Shown one piece after another: positions 1 through 11,373 of a stretch of DNA of 64,000 nt; position 1 is the stretch's first letter, and each line of letters starts with the position of its first letter. The stretch is from an uncultured bacterium (GTDB lineage: Bacteria; Acidobacteriota; Aminicenantia; Aminicenantales; Saccharicenantaceae). Position numbers and translations under genes: made by a program. Where the stretch lies: NCBI GenBank assembly GCA_963743755.1, contig CAVUQU010000002.1:101867-165866 (forward strand), written 5' to 3'. Under the pieces are notes generated by a model that was not told the DNA's origin, ran no database searches, and worked only from the letters and a program-made list of their open reading frames with translations.

Positions 1-993
1 GGCCGAAATACCGGCCTTCGGCATCGAAGATGTCGTGGATATCCTGGGCCTTGCCTGGAGGCCTCTCCCAGGTCTGGACAAAGAGATGCCCCTGGTCGTC
101 GACGAAGAAGCTCCGATAATTGGCGTGGCGCGCGGAAAAATCGTAGGTCGGATTGACGCCGGAGGGCGCGCCTCTCTTCAGGAACTCGTCGATGTCGGCT
201 TTAGTGACCTTCAGCGGTTCGTAGTCACGCCTGATCTTGCGGTCCAGACGGCCGCTGGGATCGAAGACGTCGAGCTCATAGGATGTCGCGGTCCCGACGA
301 TCAGGCGATCCCGTGGATCCACGATCCACCTCGTTCGGGCCTTGAAGGGATCATGGCTTACGTCCTCGGGCCGGTCGAAGATCTCGGTCAAAACGGCCGT
401 CATGTCGGGGGCCATCTTCTTCAGCGATTCCCGGCCGCCCTTGATATCGGTCACCTTGACATAGATATCGGAGCGCGAATCGATGACCGGATCGGAAGTC
501 AGGCCCCGGAGGGGCACGTTCTTCTCGAAAACGCCATCCAGAGAGAAGAACACCAGCCGCCGGCCTAAAACGTCGTTGAAGACCAGGGTCTTCGATCCCG
601 CCGGGATGATAATGGAGAACGCGGCGCCGACCTCGCCGGGTCCCTGCCCGCGCCGGCCGATGGTCCGAAGATAGGCGCCCCGGTCGTCATAGACCTTGAC
701 GCAGGCGTCCTGGACATCGAGCACATAGAGGAGTCCCTCATCATCGACGGCCATGCTCCAGGGCCGGGCGAGCCCCTGATCTCCCGTTGAAGCCGGGCCT
801 CCGATCGTCCAATCTTCCCGGAGGCTCAGAACGGGCTCCTTATGGATCGGGTCCCTGGGATTCTGGACGATCGTTACGTCGCCTTCATTGAGAACGCGTC
901 CTTTCCAGATCTGGGCCTGGCCGGGCGTCGAGAGGGCGGCCACGAGGGCCAGGAAAGCGGCGGGCCGGCTCAGCCGGCGTTGCGGATATGGCA
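1..993 (-). CDS. secreted 6-bladed beta-propeller (NHL-like repeat) protein; N-terminal part only, the C-terminus lies beyond the window start
   Basis: Own minus-strand translation from ATG (991-993) stays open to position 1. It begins MPYPQRRLSRPAAFLALVAALSTPGQAQ (signal peptide), then shows repeated propeller-blade motifs (...LLYVLDVQDACVKVYDDRGAYLRTIGRRGQGPGEV..., ...SYELDVFDPSGRLDRKI..., ...HLFVQTW...). RBS GGAAAGGAG lies 8 nt upstream. Absent from the ORF track because there is no in-window stop. Confidence 0.55.
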
Positions 994-1179
994 TCTTCCG
1001 ATACTCCTTTCCCCTTGAGGGAGGACCGTCATGTGCCTTGCGACCATCATGCGCCATCCCCGGAGCTTTATCAAGTCCGGCCGGCATCCGGGGGGAGGGA
1101 TCGGCCGGGTTTGCCCTTTTCGCCGGCTCTTGCTAGAATCGCCCCGGAGCGAGCCCCGAGACGGAAGGAGTCGAACCGC

Positions 1180-2571
1180 ATGGATCCAGCAACGCTCCCG
1201 CCTGCCCCGTCGTCGACAAGACCAAGATCGCCCTGCCGCGCATCCTGAGCCTCTGGGACGTCGTCATGATCGTCATCGGCGGCGTCGTCGGCTCGGGCAT
1301 CTTCCTGTCCCCGTCGGAGATCGCCGCCGTCGTCCCGCGCCGCTCCTCATGCTGGCGGTCTGGGTCGTCGGCGGCCTGCTCAGCTTCTTCGGCGCCGTGG
1401 CCTTCGCCGAGCTCGGCGCGGCCATGCCCGAGGCCGGCGGCATCTACGTCTATCTCCGGGAGGCCTACGGCCCGCTCATCTCGTTCCTCTTCGGCTGGAC
1501 CCTCTTCCTGGTCATCGACTCGGGCTCCATCGCGACGCTGGCCGTCGCCTTCTCCCACAACATCCTGCCCCGATTCGTCGACATGACGCCCGCTCGTCAA
1601 GAAGCTCATCGCGGCGGGCTTCGTCGTCTTCCTGGGGGCCGTCAACTACGTCGGCCTCCGCTGGGGGTCGCGCCTCCAGAACTGCTGACGACCTACATCA
1701 AGACGGCGGCCATCGGCATCATCGTCGTCGGCGTCTTCTTCTTCACCAAGGGCCAGGGCAACGTCCGGAACTTCGTCGACCCGTGCCCGGGCCCGTTCAA
1801 CCTCGGCCTGCTCGGGGCGTTCGGCGTCGGCCTGGTCGCGTCCCTCTGGGCCTATAAGGGCTGGGAGTCGGCGACCTACAGCGCCGGGGAGGTCAAGAAC
1901 CCGCAGAAGAACCTGCCCCTCGGCATCCTCATCGGCACGGTCGCCGTCATCGTCCTCTACGTCCTGGCCAACCTGGCCTACCTCTACATCATGCCCGTCG
2001 GCAAGATCGCGGCCTCCGAAGGCCGGGTCGCGCTCGACGTCATGCAGATCGTCGGCGGGCCCTTCCTGGCCTCGCTCATCACCTTCCTCATCCTCTTCTC
2101 CATCCTGGGCGCGGCCAACCAGAACATGCTCTGCTCGCCCCGGGTCTATTTCGCCATGGCCCGCGACGGCATGTTCTTCAAGAAGATCGCCGAGTGCCAT
2201 CCCAGGTTCCTCACGCCCTCACGTCGCCATCGTCGCCATCAGCCTCTGGAGCATCCTCCTGACCCTGACCGGGACGTTCAAGCAGCTCTTCACCTACGTC
2301 ATCTTCGGCGAATGGATCTTCTTCGGCCTGACCGTCGCCGCGGTCATCGTTCTGCGCAAGAAGAAGCCCGACCTGCCGCGGCCCTACAAGACCTGGGGCT
2401 ATCCGGTGACGCCGATCATCTTCTGTCCTGGCCGCCGTCTACGTCGCGGTGGGATCGCTGCTCAGCTCCTTCAGGAACGCCATGTTCGGGCTGCTGATCA
2501 TCTGCCTGGGCATCCCGGCGTATCTCTATTGGAAGGGAAAGCTCGACAAGGCCGCCAAGCCCGCGGCTTGA
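1180..2571 (+). CDS. APC-family amino acid permease (frameshifted in this sequence)
   Basis: ATG 1180 is preceded by RBS GGAAGGAG. Conserved APC motifs are spread over three frames: KIALPRILSLWDVVMIVIGGVVGSGIF (frame of 1266), then LAVWVVGGLLSFFGAVAFAELGAAMPEAGGIYVYL...FGWTLFLVIDSGSIATLAV (frame of 1031), and a C-terminus ...YKTWGYPVTPIIFC...LGIPAYLYWKGKLDKAAKPAA read by eye to TGA 2569-2571. At least 4 frame changes. Confidence 0.7.
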
Positions 2572-2605
2572 AGAGAGCAGAAGGGCGGTCCTTCGGGAGG
2601 GCAGC

Positions 2606-3040
2606 ATGAAGTACTTCGTTCTCGGTTCGTCCTATGTCATCCGCCTGGACGCGGGGGAGAGGATCGTCGAGACGCTGAAGTCCCTCTGCGCGAGGGACGC
2701 GATCGGCGGCGGCTTCTTCGACGGCCTGGGCGCCGTCGGCGAGGCCGAGATCGGCCACTTCGACCCGGGCTCGAACGATTACACCTGGGTCAAGCTCTCC
2801 GGCCCGTATGAGATCGTCTCCCTCTACGGAAACATCGCGACCTTCGACGGCAAGCCCTCCATCCACGCCCACATCGCGCTCGGCGACAACACCTTCGCCG
2901 TCAGGGGAGGGCATCTCAAGGAAGCGGTCGTCTCGGTGACCTGCGAGATCACGCTGACCCGGTTCAGGGACGATATCGCAAGGACAAGGGACGAGATGAC
3001 CGGCCTCTTGAAGCTCGCCCTCGAGCCGGACGGGGATTGA
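2606..3040 (+). CDS. PPC-domain (DUF296) protein, plants-and-prokaryotes-conserved DNA-binding-like fold
   Basis: Intact 144-aa ORF with RBS GGGAGGG. Sequence (...GERIVETLKSLCARDAIGGGFFDGLGAVGEAEIGHFDP...YEIVSLYGNIA...PSIHAHIALGD...) recalls the DUF296/PPC family. Assignment is from memory of the family, not a search. Confidence 0.5.
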   Translation: MKYFVLGSSYVIRLDAGERIVETLKSLCARDAIGGGFFDGLGAVGEAEIGHFDPGSNDYTWVKLSGPYEIVSLYGNIATFDGKPSIHAHIALGDNTFAVRGGHLKEAVVSVTCEITLTRFRDDIARTRDEMTGLLKLALEPDGD

Positions 3041-3121
3041 CGGTCAGGGTCGAGTAAGCCGCCCGCCGGCCGAGCCAGGCGACGCGAAGGACATAGAGGC
3101 GTGGACTCAGGCGGGGGGACA

Positions 3122-4404
3122 TCAGCGCGGAGAGTTCCTTCGGCCGTCTTCGACGACGATCTTCCCATTCTTGATCACGGTCCGGACCGGATTCCGTCCG
3201 GCATCATAAGCCAGCGACACGTGGTCCGGGACGTCGCAGAGGATCAGGTCCATTTTCTTCCCGGCTTCGAGGCTCCCGACCGAGCCGTGCCGCCCGATGG
3301 CGTAGGCCGCGTTCCCGGTGCAGGCCATGATGGCTTCTTCGACCGTCAAGCCGAGGGTGAAGACGCCGAGCTGGAGGACGAAGGGCATCGAATTGATATG
3401 GGAGCTTCCGGGGTTGAAGTCGGACGCGAGGGCGATGACGGCCCCCGCGTCGACGAGGCGCCGGGCCGGGGCCCGCTTGTCCATCATCAGGAAGAACGAC
3501 ACGCCCGGGCAGGAGGATGGCCGCGGTGTCGCTCGCCCCGAGGCGGGCGATGCCCTCGTCGGAGACGGCGATGAGGTGTTCGGCCGAGACGGCCCCGACC
3601 TCGGCGGCCAGCTCGGCCCCGCCCTGCGAGACGAATTCGTCGGCGTGGATCTTGATCTTGAAGCCGGCGGCCTTGGCCGCTTCGGCCAGCCGCCGCGTCT
3701 CCTCGATCGAAAAGACGCCGGGCTCCGAGAAGACGTCGAAGAACTCGGCCAGGCCGCGCCGGGCGATCTCCGGGACGATCGTGTCGATGAGGAGGCGGAT
3801 CCAGTCCTCCCGCTTTTCGCGGTACTCCGGCGGGACCTCGTGGGCGCCCATGAAGGTCGGGACGACGTCGACGGGGTGGAGGGCGGCAGGTCGCGCAAGG
3901 CTTCGAGCTGCTTGATCTCGTCCTCGAGGTTGAGGCCGTAGCCGCTCTTGGCCTCGACGGTCGTCGTCCCGGTGAGGAGCATGCGGTCCAGCCGCTCGAG
4001 GCACAAAGCCAGGAGATCGTCGAGGCTGGCCGCCCGGGTCGCCTTGACCGTCGTCAGGATGCCCATGCCCCGCGCGGCCAGCTGCTGGTAGGTCCAGCCC
4101 TGGACCCGCAGCCCGAATTCGCGGGCCCGGTCCCCGGCGAAGGGGAGGTGGGTGTGAGCGTCGACGAAGCCGGGCAGGGCGACCTTGCCCCGGCCGTCGA
4201 CCGTGACGGCTCCCGGCTCGGGCTCGATCTCGGGCCAGGAAACCCTCTTCGTCCCCGGCGAAGACGACGACGCCCTCGCGACGAGGCGACCCAGCCGTTC
4301 TCGACGACGCCGATCTGCCGCAGGGCCGGGCCTCGCCGGGGCAGGGGCCCGGCGCAGGTCACGAGCTCACGGCAGCCGGCGACGACGAGATCAGCTGATG
4401 TCAT
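3122..4404 (-). CDS. hutI: imidazolonepropionase-like amidohydrolase (HutI family), frameshifted in this sequence
   Basis: HutI-type signatures across three ORF-track frames: N-term [19 protein letters not shown]...IGVVENGWVA (4054..4404), then TFMGAHEVPPEY...KIKIHADEF (3204..4004), then EAKSGYGLNLEDEIKQLEAL and C-term ...ALASDFNPGSSHINSMPFVL...IKNGKIVVEDGRR (3122..4066). Start codon ATG (rc of 4402-4404) overlaps the ftsZ stop by 14 nt. Confidence 0.65.
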
Positions 4405-5646
4405 GGGGCGATTTTCTCACGGTCGAGTGCTTGGTCCGGCGGATGAAGGAAGGCGTCTCGTAGCCGTCCCACTGTTTCTCGCTGAGCGACGACGGCTCCC
4501 ACAGGGGCGCCCCGGCTCCGGCCCCGCCGCCCGCGCCCTTGCCCTCGAAAAGATAGGGGGGCGTCTGCGGGCATGACGGGGAACGGCGCGGCCGGTCTTC
4601 CGGAACGCCGGGCGCGCGGGCGCCGGCTCGGCCGGCGTCGGGTCCGCGGCCTCGCGCTTTTCCTGGGGCTGGTCGAACCCGGTGGCGATGACCGTGACCT
4701 TGACCGTGTCCTTCATGGCCTCGTCGATGACCGTGCCGAAGATGATGTTGGCGTCGGGATCGGCCAGGCTGTGGATGAGCTGGGAGGCCTTGGAGACCTC
4801 GTGGAGGGTCATCGTCCTTGCCGCCGGTGATGTTGATGAGGACGCCGTGGGCGCCCTCGATGGACGTGTCGATGAGGAGCGGGCGACGAGATGGCCTTCT
4901 CGGCGGCCTCGACGGCCCGGTTCTCGCCCGAGGCGAGGCCGGTGCCCATGAAGGCCATGCCCATGCCCTTCATGACCGACTTGACGTCGGCGAAGTCCAG
5001 GTTGATCAGGCCGGGCTTGGTGATGAGGTCCGAGATGCCCTGGGCGGCCTGGCGCAGGATGTCGTCGGCCAGCCGGAAGGCGTCCTGGATCGAGGTGTCC
5101 AGGTTGACCGTCTGGAGGAGCCGCTCGTTGGGGATGGCGATGACCGTGTCCACGGCCGATCTTGAGCTCCTCGAGGCCCTGCTGGGCCTGCTTGGCCCGG
5201 ACCCGCCCTTCGAAGCCGAAGGGGAGGGTCACGATGGCGATGACCAGGATGTCGAGCTCGGCGGCCAGGTTGGCGATGATCGGCGTCGCGCCCGTGCCCG
5301 TGCCGCCGCCGAGGCCGGCGTCAGGAAGACCATGTCGGCGCCCTGGAGGATCTCGAGCAGGCGCTCGGTGTCCTCCATGGCCGCCTGCTTGCCCGGTCTC
5401 GGGCCGGCCGCCCGAGCCGAGGCCCTTGGTCAGCTGGGTGCCGATCTGGATCTTCGTCGTGGCCCTGTTGCCGTTGAGGGCCTGGACGTCGGTGTTGACG
5501 GCGATGAACTCGACGCCCTGGATGCCGTGCTCGATCATCCGGTTGACGGCGTTGCCGCCGCCGCCGCCGAGGCCGATGACCTTGATCTTGGCCCCGAGCT
5601 GGTCTTCGACGAGATGGAATTTCAGCCGGCTGGATTCGTCGCTCAT
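4391..5646 (-). CDS. ftsZ: cell division GTPase FtsZ (internal out-of-frame stretch in this sequence)
   Basis: N-term [59 protein letters not shown]. The middle sits in another frame (4809..5153: ...AISSP...[26 protein letters not shown]...[18 protein letters not shown]). The C-terminal tail [17 protein letters not shown] was found by own translation, ending at TGA (rc at 4391-4393). Confidence 0.9.
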
Positions 5647-5656
5647 GATGTCCTCC

Positions 5657-6883
5657 TTATCCTTCCTTGAACCAGTCTTTGAATCTGGCGATGGCGCCTT
5701 TTTTCCGGTCCTTGGCGAGACCGCGGTCCTGCCAGATGCGGAAGCCGTAGAGGATGAGCCCCACGGCCGTGGAGAAATCGGGGGTCGAGACGCGGTCGAC
5801 CAGGCCGCCGACGCCGCTCGGGTCGCCGCGCCGCACGGGCAGGTCGAAGATCTCCTCGGCGACCTCCTCGAGGCCCTCGAGGAGGGCCGTGCCGCCGGTG
5901 AGGACGATGCCCGAGTTCAGCGACTTGTCGTAGCCCAGGCGCTTGATGTCGGAGTCGACCAGCCGGAAGATCTCCTCGGCCCGCGGCTGGATGATGTCGG
6001 CCAGGAGCTGGCGCGACAGGACCCGGGGCTTGCGGCCCTTGCCGACCGAGGGCACCTCGATCGTCTCCTGGTCGTCCACGGGCGGGCCGGCGATGCAGCC
6101 GAACTTCTTCTTGATCCGCTCGGCCTCCGGGATGGGCGTCCGCAGGCCGACGGCGATGTCGTTGGTGAAGTTGTCGCCGCCGAGGGGGATGGTCGAGGTG
6201 TACCACAGGCTGCCCCGCTCGTAGATGGCCACCTCGGTCGTCCCGGCGCCGATGTCGATCTGAGCCCGACGCCGAGCTCGCGCTCGTCCTGGGTCAGGAT
6301 GGCCTGGGCCGTGGCGATCTGGTTGAGGACGATCTCCTCGACGCCGATCTCGGCCCGCGCGACGCAGCTCCGGAGGTTCTGGAGCGAGGTCAGCGGCCGC
6401 CGTGATGATGTGGACGTTGACCTCGAGCTTGATGCCGCTCATGCCGGTCGGATCCTTGATGCCGTCCTGGTCGTCGACGATGAACTCCTGGGGGATGATG
6501 TGGATGATGTCCCGGTCGGGCGGGATGGGGATGGCCTTGGACTGGTCGACGACGCGGCGGATGTCCTCGCGGGTGATCTCCCGGTTCTTGCCCGAGACGG
6601 CGACGACGCCGCGGCTGTTGAGGCTCTTGATGTGGGCCCCGGAGATGCCGAAGAAGGCCGAGTCGATCTCGACGCCGGCCATGAGCTCGGCCTCCTCCCG
6701 GGCCTTTTTGATGGCCGAGGTCGTCGCGTCGAGGTCGACGACGACGCCCTTGCGCAGACCGTGGGACTCGGCCGTGCCGATGCCGATGATCTCGACCTTG
6801 CGCTCTTCGGTGACCTCGCCGATGACGGCCACGACCTTGCGCGTCCCGATGTCGAACCCGACGATGTAGTTGTTCTTGGGCAT
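5657..6883 (-). CDS. ftsA: cell division protein FtsA (about 45-aa scrambled stretch from compensating indels)
   Basis: [24 protein letters not shown]...HIITAAA then nonsense [15 protein letters not shown]...RRAQ, then [39 protein letters not shown].... Re-reading the +1 frame through the scrambled part gives the expected [43 protein letters not shown]. Confidence 0.9.
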   Translation of the reverse strand: MPKNNYIVGFDIGTRKVVAVIGEVTEERKVEIIGIGTAESHGLRKGVVVDLDATTSAIKKAREEAELMAGVEIDSAFFGISGAHIKSLNSRGVVAVSGKNREITREDIRRVVDQSKAIPIPPDRDIIHIIPQEFIVDDQDGIKDPTGMSGIKLEVNVHIITAAADLAPEPPELRRAGRDRRRGDRPQPDRHGPGHPDPGRARARRRAQIDIGAGTTEVAIYERGSLWYTSTIPLGGDNFTNDIAVGLRTPIPEAERIKKKFGCIAGPPVDDQETIEVPSVGKGRKPRVLSRQLLADIIQPRAEEIFRLVDSDIKRLGYDKSLNSGIVLTGGTALLEGLEEVAEEIFDLPVRRGDPSGVGGLVDRVSTPDFSTAVGLILYGFRIWQDRGLAKDRKKGAIARFKDWFKEG

Positions 6884-6886
6884 GGC

Positions 6887-7725
6887 TCAGTCTCCTTGGT
6901 CAGGTTGGGGGACGTCGTCCCCGGCCGGCTCCGCGGCCCGCACGTAGATCCGGCCGTCGAAGCCCATGTTGACGAGGGCCAGCGGCCCGAAGAGGCCTTC
7001 CCAGCGGTCCGGCTGCTCCGGAACAGGGCCAGGTCCGCGGCCGCGGACGCGGCGCCCGACGATGATGCGGACGGGGTCGTCCTTGAAGCGAAGCTCCATC
7101 GTCCCGAAGTCGCCGCAGCGGATCGTAGCCAGCCGGGCGCTTTCGGCGGCGGAGGGCAGGCCAGGAAGCACCGGCCGGCCGCCTCCCATTTCTCGCTGAA
7201 ATCAGAGGCGAAATCCCGTCGTCCGAGACGACCGGAAGAGCGTATTCGTCGGGGGAATAGACCGGCTCGAGGACGCGGCCCTCGCGCGTCGGCCAGGCCA
7301 GAGGCCGTCCGCGCTCGAGGAGGAGGAACGGCGTCCTCACCTCGACCGTGATCCGCAGCCGCGACGGGAAGATCTTCTGGACGCTGGCGTCCTCGACCCA
7401 GGCCAGGCGGCGGACGCCGGCCCGCAGGGTGTCGAGGTCGCAGAGGAGGATGTTGCCGAGGCGCGTCCCGGCGAAGTGGCTTTCCAGGGTCCGGCGCAAG
7501 TTGTCCTTGGCGCAGACGACCTCCACCTTGCGGATCGTCAGCTCGTCCCAGGTGATGAGGAAGAGATAGGCCTCCCGGAGAGGCCAGGAAGAACCCGGCC
7601 TGGAGCGCGATCAGGAGCAGGACGTGCTTGATCCCGAAGACGCGCCGCTTCCTGTCCTTACGGAGGGCGTGGGCCCTGCCGCCGGGGCGGAGGAACAGGC
7701 GGTGCGTGCGGACGTCGGTCGACAT
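6887..7725 (-). CDS. ftsQ: cell division protein FtsQ/DivIB (frameshifted)
   Basis: N-term [47 protein letters not shown] (TM helix) lies in the frame of 6439..8055. The POTRA/beta region is in 6900..7526 (...[61 protein letters not shown]...). The C-term is in 6887..7189. The start overlaps the murC stop (ATGTCTAG). Confidence 0.7.
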
Positions 7726-7727
7726 GT

Positions 7728-9123
7728 CTAGCTCCCGGCCTCCAGAACGGCGATGATGTCCGGGATCGTCCGGCTGACGTTCCCGGCCCCGAGGACGAGC
7801 ACGATGTCTCCCTGGACCAGGATCCCTTTGAGGAGGGCCGCGACCTTCGTCAGGTCGGGCTCGAAGTGGACCTGCTTGTGGCCGAACTGGCGGACCTCTT
7901 CGTAGAGGGCCTTCCCGGTCGACCCCGGCGATGGGGTCCTCGCCGGCCGGGTAGATCTCGGTCAGGACGAGGACGTCGGCCTGGTTGAAGGCGGTCGCGA
8001 AAGCCGTCATGAGCTTGGATAGCCGGGTGTAGCGGTGGGGCTGGAAGACGGCCACGACGCGGCGCGCGCCAGCCGCGCTTGGCCGCCTCGAGGGTGGCCT
8101 TGATCTCGGTCGGGTGGTGGGCGTAGTCCTCGATGACCATGATGTCGCCGACGGTCTTGCGCAGCTCGAAGCGGCGGCCCGTGCCCGGTGTAGCTCTCCA
8201 GGGCCTCGAGGATCGTCCGGGGCGGGATGTCGAGGTCCAGCCCGACCGCCGCCGCGGCCATGGCGTTGAGGATGTTGTGCATGCCCGGGACCTGGAGCTT
8301 GAGCGCGCCCAGGGGCTTGCCCTTGGCAGAAGGACCGAGGCGCTGCGGAACTCGTCGAAGGCGAAGTCCCGGGCCGAGAGGTCGGACTGGGCCGAGAAGC
8401 CGTAGGTGATGATGCCGGCGCTCGATCTGGGGGATGATGCTCTGGAGGTTGCGGGTCGTCGAGGCAGAGGATGACCGGGCAGTAGAAGGGGACCTTGTTG
8501 GCGAAGTTGATGAAGGTCGTCTTGAGGTCGTCGACGCCCTGGTACTGGTCGAGGTGCTCCTCGTCGATGTTGGTCAGGACGGCGATGAAGGGCGAGAGGT
8601 AGAGGAAGGACCGGTCGCTCTCGTCGGCCTCGGCGACGATGAAGTCGCCCGGCGCCGAGCTTGGCGTTGGCCCCGATCGTGTTCAGGCGGCCGCCGACGA
8701 TGATCGTCGGATCGAAGCCGCCGGCCTCGAGGACGAGCGCGGTCATCGAGGTCGTCGTCGTCTTGCCGTGCGAGCCGGCCACGGCGATGCCGTACTTCAT
8801 CCGCATGAGCTCGGCCAGCATCTCGGCCCGGGGGATGACCGGGATGAGGCCGGCCCGGGCCTTCGCCGGACCTCGACGTTGTCCTCGCGGACGGCCGACG
8901 AGATGACGACGACGTCGGCGTTCTCGAGGTTCTCGGCCCGGTGGCCGATGGCGATGCGGGCGCCGAGGCGCACGAGGCGGCGGGTGGCGTCGTTCTCCTG
9001 GAGGTCGGAGCCGGAGACATCGTAGCCGAGGTTGAGGAGGACCTCGGCGATGCCGTTCATGCCCGTGCCGCCGATGCCGACCATGTGGATGTGGTTGAGC
9101 TTGCGGTAGCCTTTCTTGGTCAT
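7728..9123 (-). CDS. murC: UDP-N-acetylmuramate--L-alanine ligase MurC (frameshifted)
   Basis: N-term [43 protein letters not shown] (8797..9123). Middle/C-term pieces [89 protein letters not shown] lie in other frames. Own translation gives a tail ...[28 protein letters not shown] ending at TAG (rc 7728-7730). Confidence 0.85.
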
Positions 9124-10251
9124 GCGGGGTTCTCCTTGCGGACGCCCGCTTCATCAGGGACAGGCAGAGGGCGGCGATCCGGCCGGCGGCGTCCTCGGCC
9201 TGGAGGCGGCCGACGGCCGCGCTCCATCGCGTCGAGCTCTCTCGGGATGGTCGAGGAAGCGCAGGATGCGCCCGGCGAGGCGCTCGGCCGTGGCTTCGGC
9301 CTCGGCCAGGACCTCGGCGCCCGCCGACGCGGTCGAGCTCGCGGGCGTTGCCGGTCTGGTGGTCTTCGGACGCCCCGGCGAAGGGGACGAGCAGGGCGGC
9401 CTTGCGGGCGGCGATGAGCTCGGCGCAGCGTCGTCGCGCCGGCCCGGCAGACGACGAGGTCGGCCTGCCCGAAAGCGGGCGGGCATGTCGGGGAAATAGG
9501 CCGCGATCCCGGCGCCCGGCGAAGCCGCTCGCGCCGGTAGGCGGCGGCCGGACCCGGCTCGAGATCGTTCTGTGCCGGTCTGGTGGGTCGAGCGCGCAGG
9601 CGGTCCTTCGCGGCGGCGAGCAGGGGCAGGGCGGCGGCGACGCGCTCGTTGAGGAAGCGCGAGCCCTGGCTGCCGCCGAAGACGAGGACGTCGAGACGTC
9701 GCCGACCGCGGCTTCGGCGGGCAGAGCGTAGAACTCCGTCCCGGACGGGATTGCCGAGGCCGACGCCCTTGCCCTTGAAGACGGGCAGGGTCGCGGCGAA
9801 GGCGACGACGGCCTTCGCCGCCCGCTGCCGGGCCAGGAGCCGGTTGGTGAACCCGGGCCGGGCGTTCTGTTCGAGGATGAGCGGTCGGCAGGCCGAGCCA
9901 GGAGGCCAGCAGGACGACGGGGCCGGAGCTGTAGCCGCCGACCCCGACGACCAGGGCCGGCCGGAGTCGCAGGCGAGGAGCCAGAGCGAATGGACGAAGG
10001 CCAGCGGGCAGGAGGACGAGCCCGCGGAGCGCTCTTGAGCCCGCGGCCCTTGAGCCCCTCGATGGGCATGGGCGACGAAGCGCACGCCGTGCTCGGCCAT
10101 GATCCGCGCTCGACGTCGCGGCGGCTGCCGACGTAGAGTGAGCGCGAGGCCGGGATCGCGGTCCCGGAGCTTCCGGCCGAGGACGAGGGCGGGGTAGAGA
10201 TGCCCGCCCGTCCCCCCGCCGCTGATGATGACGACGCGCGCGCTCCCTCAT
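9117..10251 (-). CDS. murG: undecaprenyldiphospho-muramoylpentapeptide beta-N-acetylglucosaminyltransferase MurG (frameshifted)
   Basis: Own translation from ATG (rc 10249-10251) gives [29 protein letters not shown]...; other segments are [39 protein letters not shown] and [21 protein letters not shown]...[24 protein letters not shown]. The stop TGA overlaps the murC ATG (ATGA). Confidence 0.8.
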
Positions 10252-11373
10252 ATCCGCGGCCCCCGTGTCCGCCCGGCGCCGGCGAGATGTGGAGCAGGAT
10301 GCCCGACGACGCCCAGGCGTGCAGACGAGCGACGAGCGGCCGTAGGAGATGAGGGGCAGGGGAATTCCCTTGGCCGGGCCGAGCCCCAGGACGACGGAGA
10401 TGTTCAGCAGGGCCTGGGCCGACGATGGCGAGGTCAGGCCCGCGGCGATGAGCTTGTAGGCCGCGGTCGGCGCCTCGAGGGCGATGTTCAGGCCGCGCCA
10501 GAGGAAGAGGCAGAACAGGCCGAGGGTGAACGATGGCGCCCAGCGAGGCCCGGTCTCCTCGCCGATGATCGCGAAGATGAAATCGGTGTGGGCGAAGGGC
10601 AGGAAATAGAGCTTTTGGGTGCTCTGGCCCAGGCTCACGCCGACGATCCCGCCCGAACCCACGGCCAGCTTGGACTGGGTGACCTGGAAGCCGTTGCCCT
10701 GCGGGCGTCCTTGTCGGAGGCGAGGAAGCCCTGGATGCGGTCGATGCGGTAGTCGGCCTGGACGAGATAGAAGACCGAAGAGGAGCCGGCCGACGAGGCC
10801 GGGGCGGCGAGGTAGCGCAGCTTGACGCCGCCGAGGAACAGGACCAGTCGCCGCCAGCGCCGGCGATCAGGACCGCGGTGCCGAAGTCGGGCTCGAGCAG
10901 GATGAGGCGACGACGCGCGGCGATCACGGCCGCGAGCACGGCCAGCGTCTTCTTGTCGTTGATGCTGTCCTTCCGGCTCTCGATGAACATCAGCCAGGAA
11001 CAGGATGAGGCTGATCTTGGCCAGCTCCGACGGCTGGAAGCGGAAACCCGGCAGGACGATCCAGCGGTTGGTGTTGGCCACGGACGGCATGACCAGACAG
11101 AGAGCCAGGAGCAGGCCCGTGAATCCGAGGAGGCCGTAGACGAAACGGGGCTCGAGGAAGAAGTCCTTCTTGACCGAGACCAGGAAGGCGATGACGGCGA
11201 ACCCGGCCAGCGCCCCGAGGATCTGCTGGACCATGAAGTGCAGGGACTGTCCGTATTTCTGACTGGCCATGAAGCTCGAGGCGCTGAAGACGAAGAAGAT
11301 GCCGAGCCCGACGAGGACGAGGGTGACCGCGAGGAGCTGGACGTCGAAGCTCGAAGCGGCGGCGCACGCTCAT
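10248..11373 (-). CDS. ftsW: SEDS-family peptidoglycan glycosyltransferase FtsW (frameshifted)
   Basis: Own translation from ATG (rc 11371-11373, RBS GGAG) gives [60 protein letters not shown]...[29 protein letters not shown]...[34 protein letters not shown]...[14 protein letters not shown]. It ends at a TGA that overlaps the murG ATG. Confidence 0.8.

Noticed and set aside
35-568. 177-aa plus-strand ORF at the window start
   Set aside because: It is antisense to the coherent minus-strand beta-propeller gene (1..993) and has no recognisable motifs.
7725-7730. Hidden ddl or murB between murC and ftsQ
   Set aside because: The murC stop and ftsQ start overlap (ATGTCTAG), and all six frames across 7700-9130 are accounted for by murC and ftsQ.
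7850-10990. 1046-aa minus-strand ORF, plus similar giant ORFs at 5162..7351 (+), 6439..8055 (-), 13897..16710 (-), 14143..16785 (+), 53729..57970 (+), 42217..45447 (-) and 42813..46076 (+)
   Set aside because: These are Arg/Pro/Gly/Ala-rich read-throughs typical of stop-poor frames in ~70% GC DNA. They run antisense to, or chain across, several real genes (murC/murG/ftsW and others) whose true products are recognisable in other frames.
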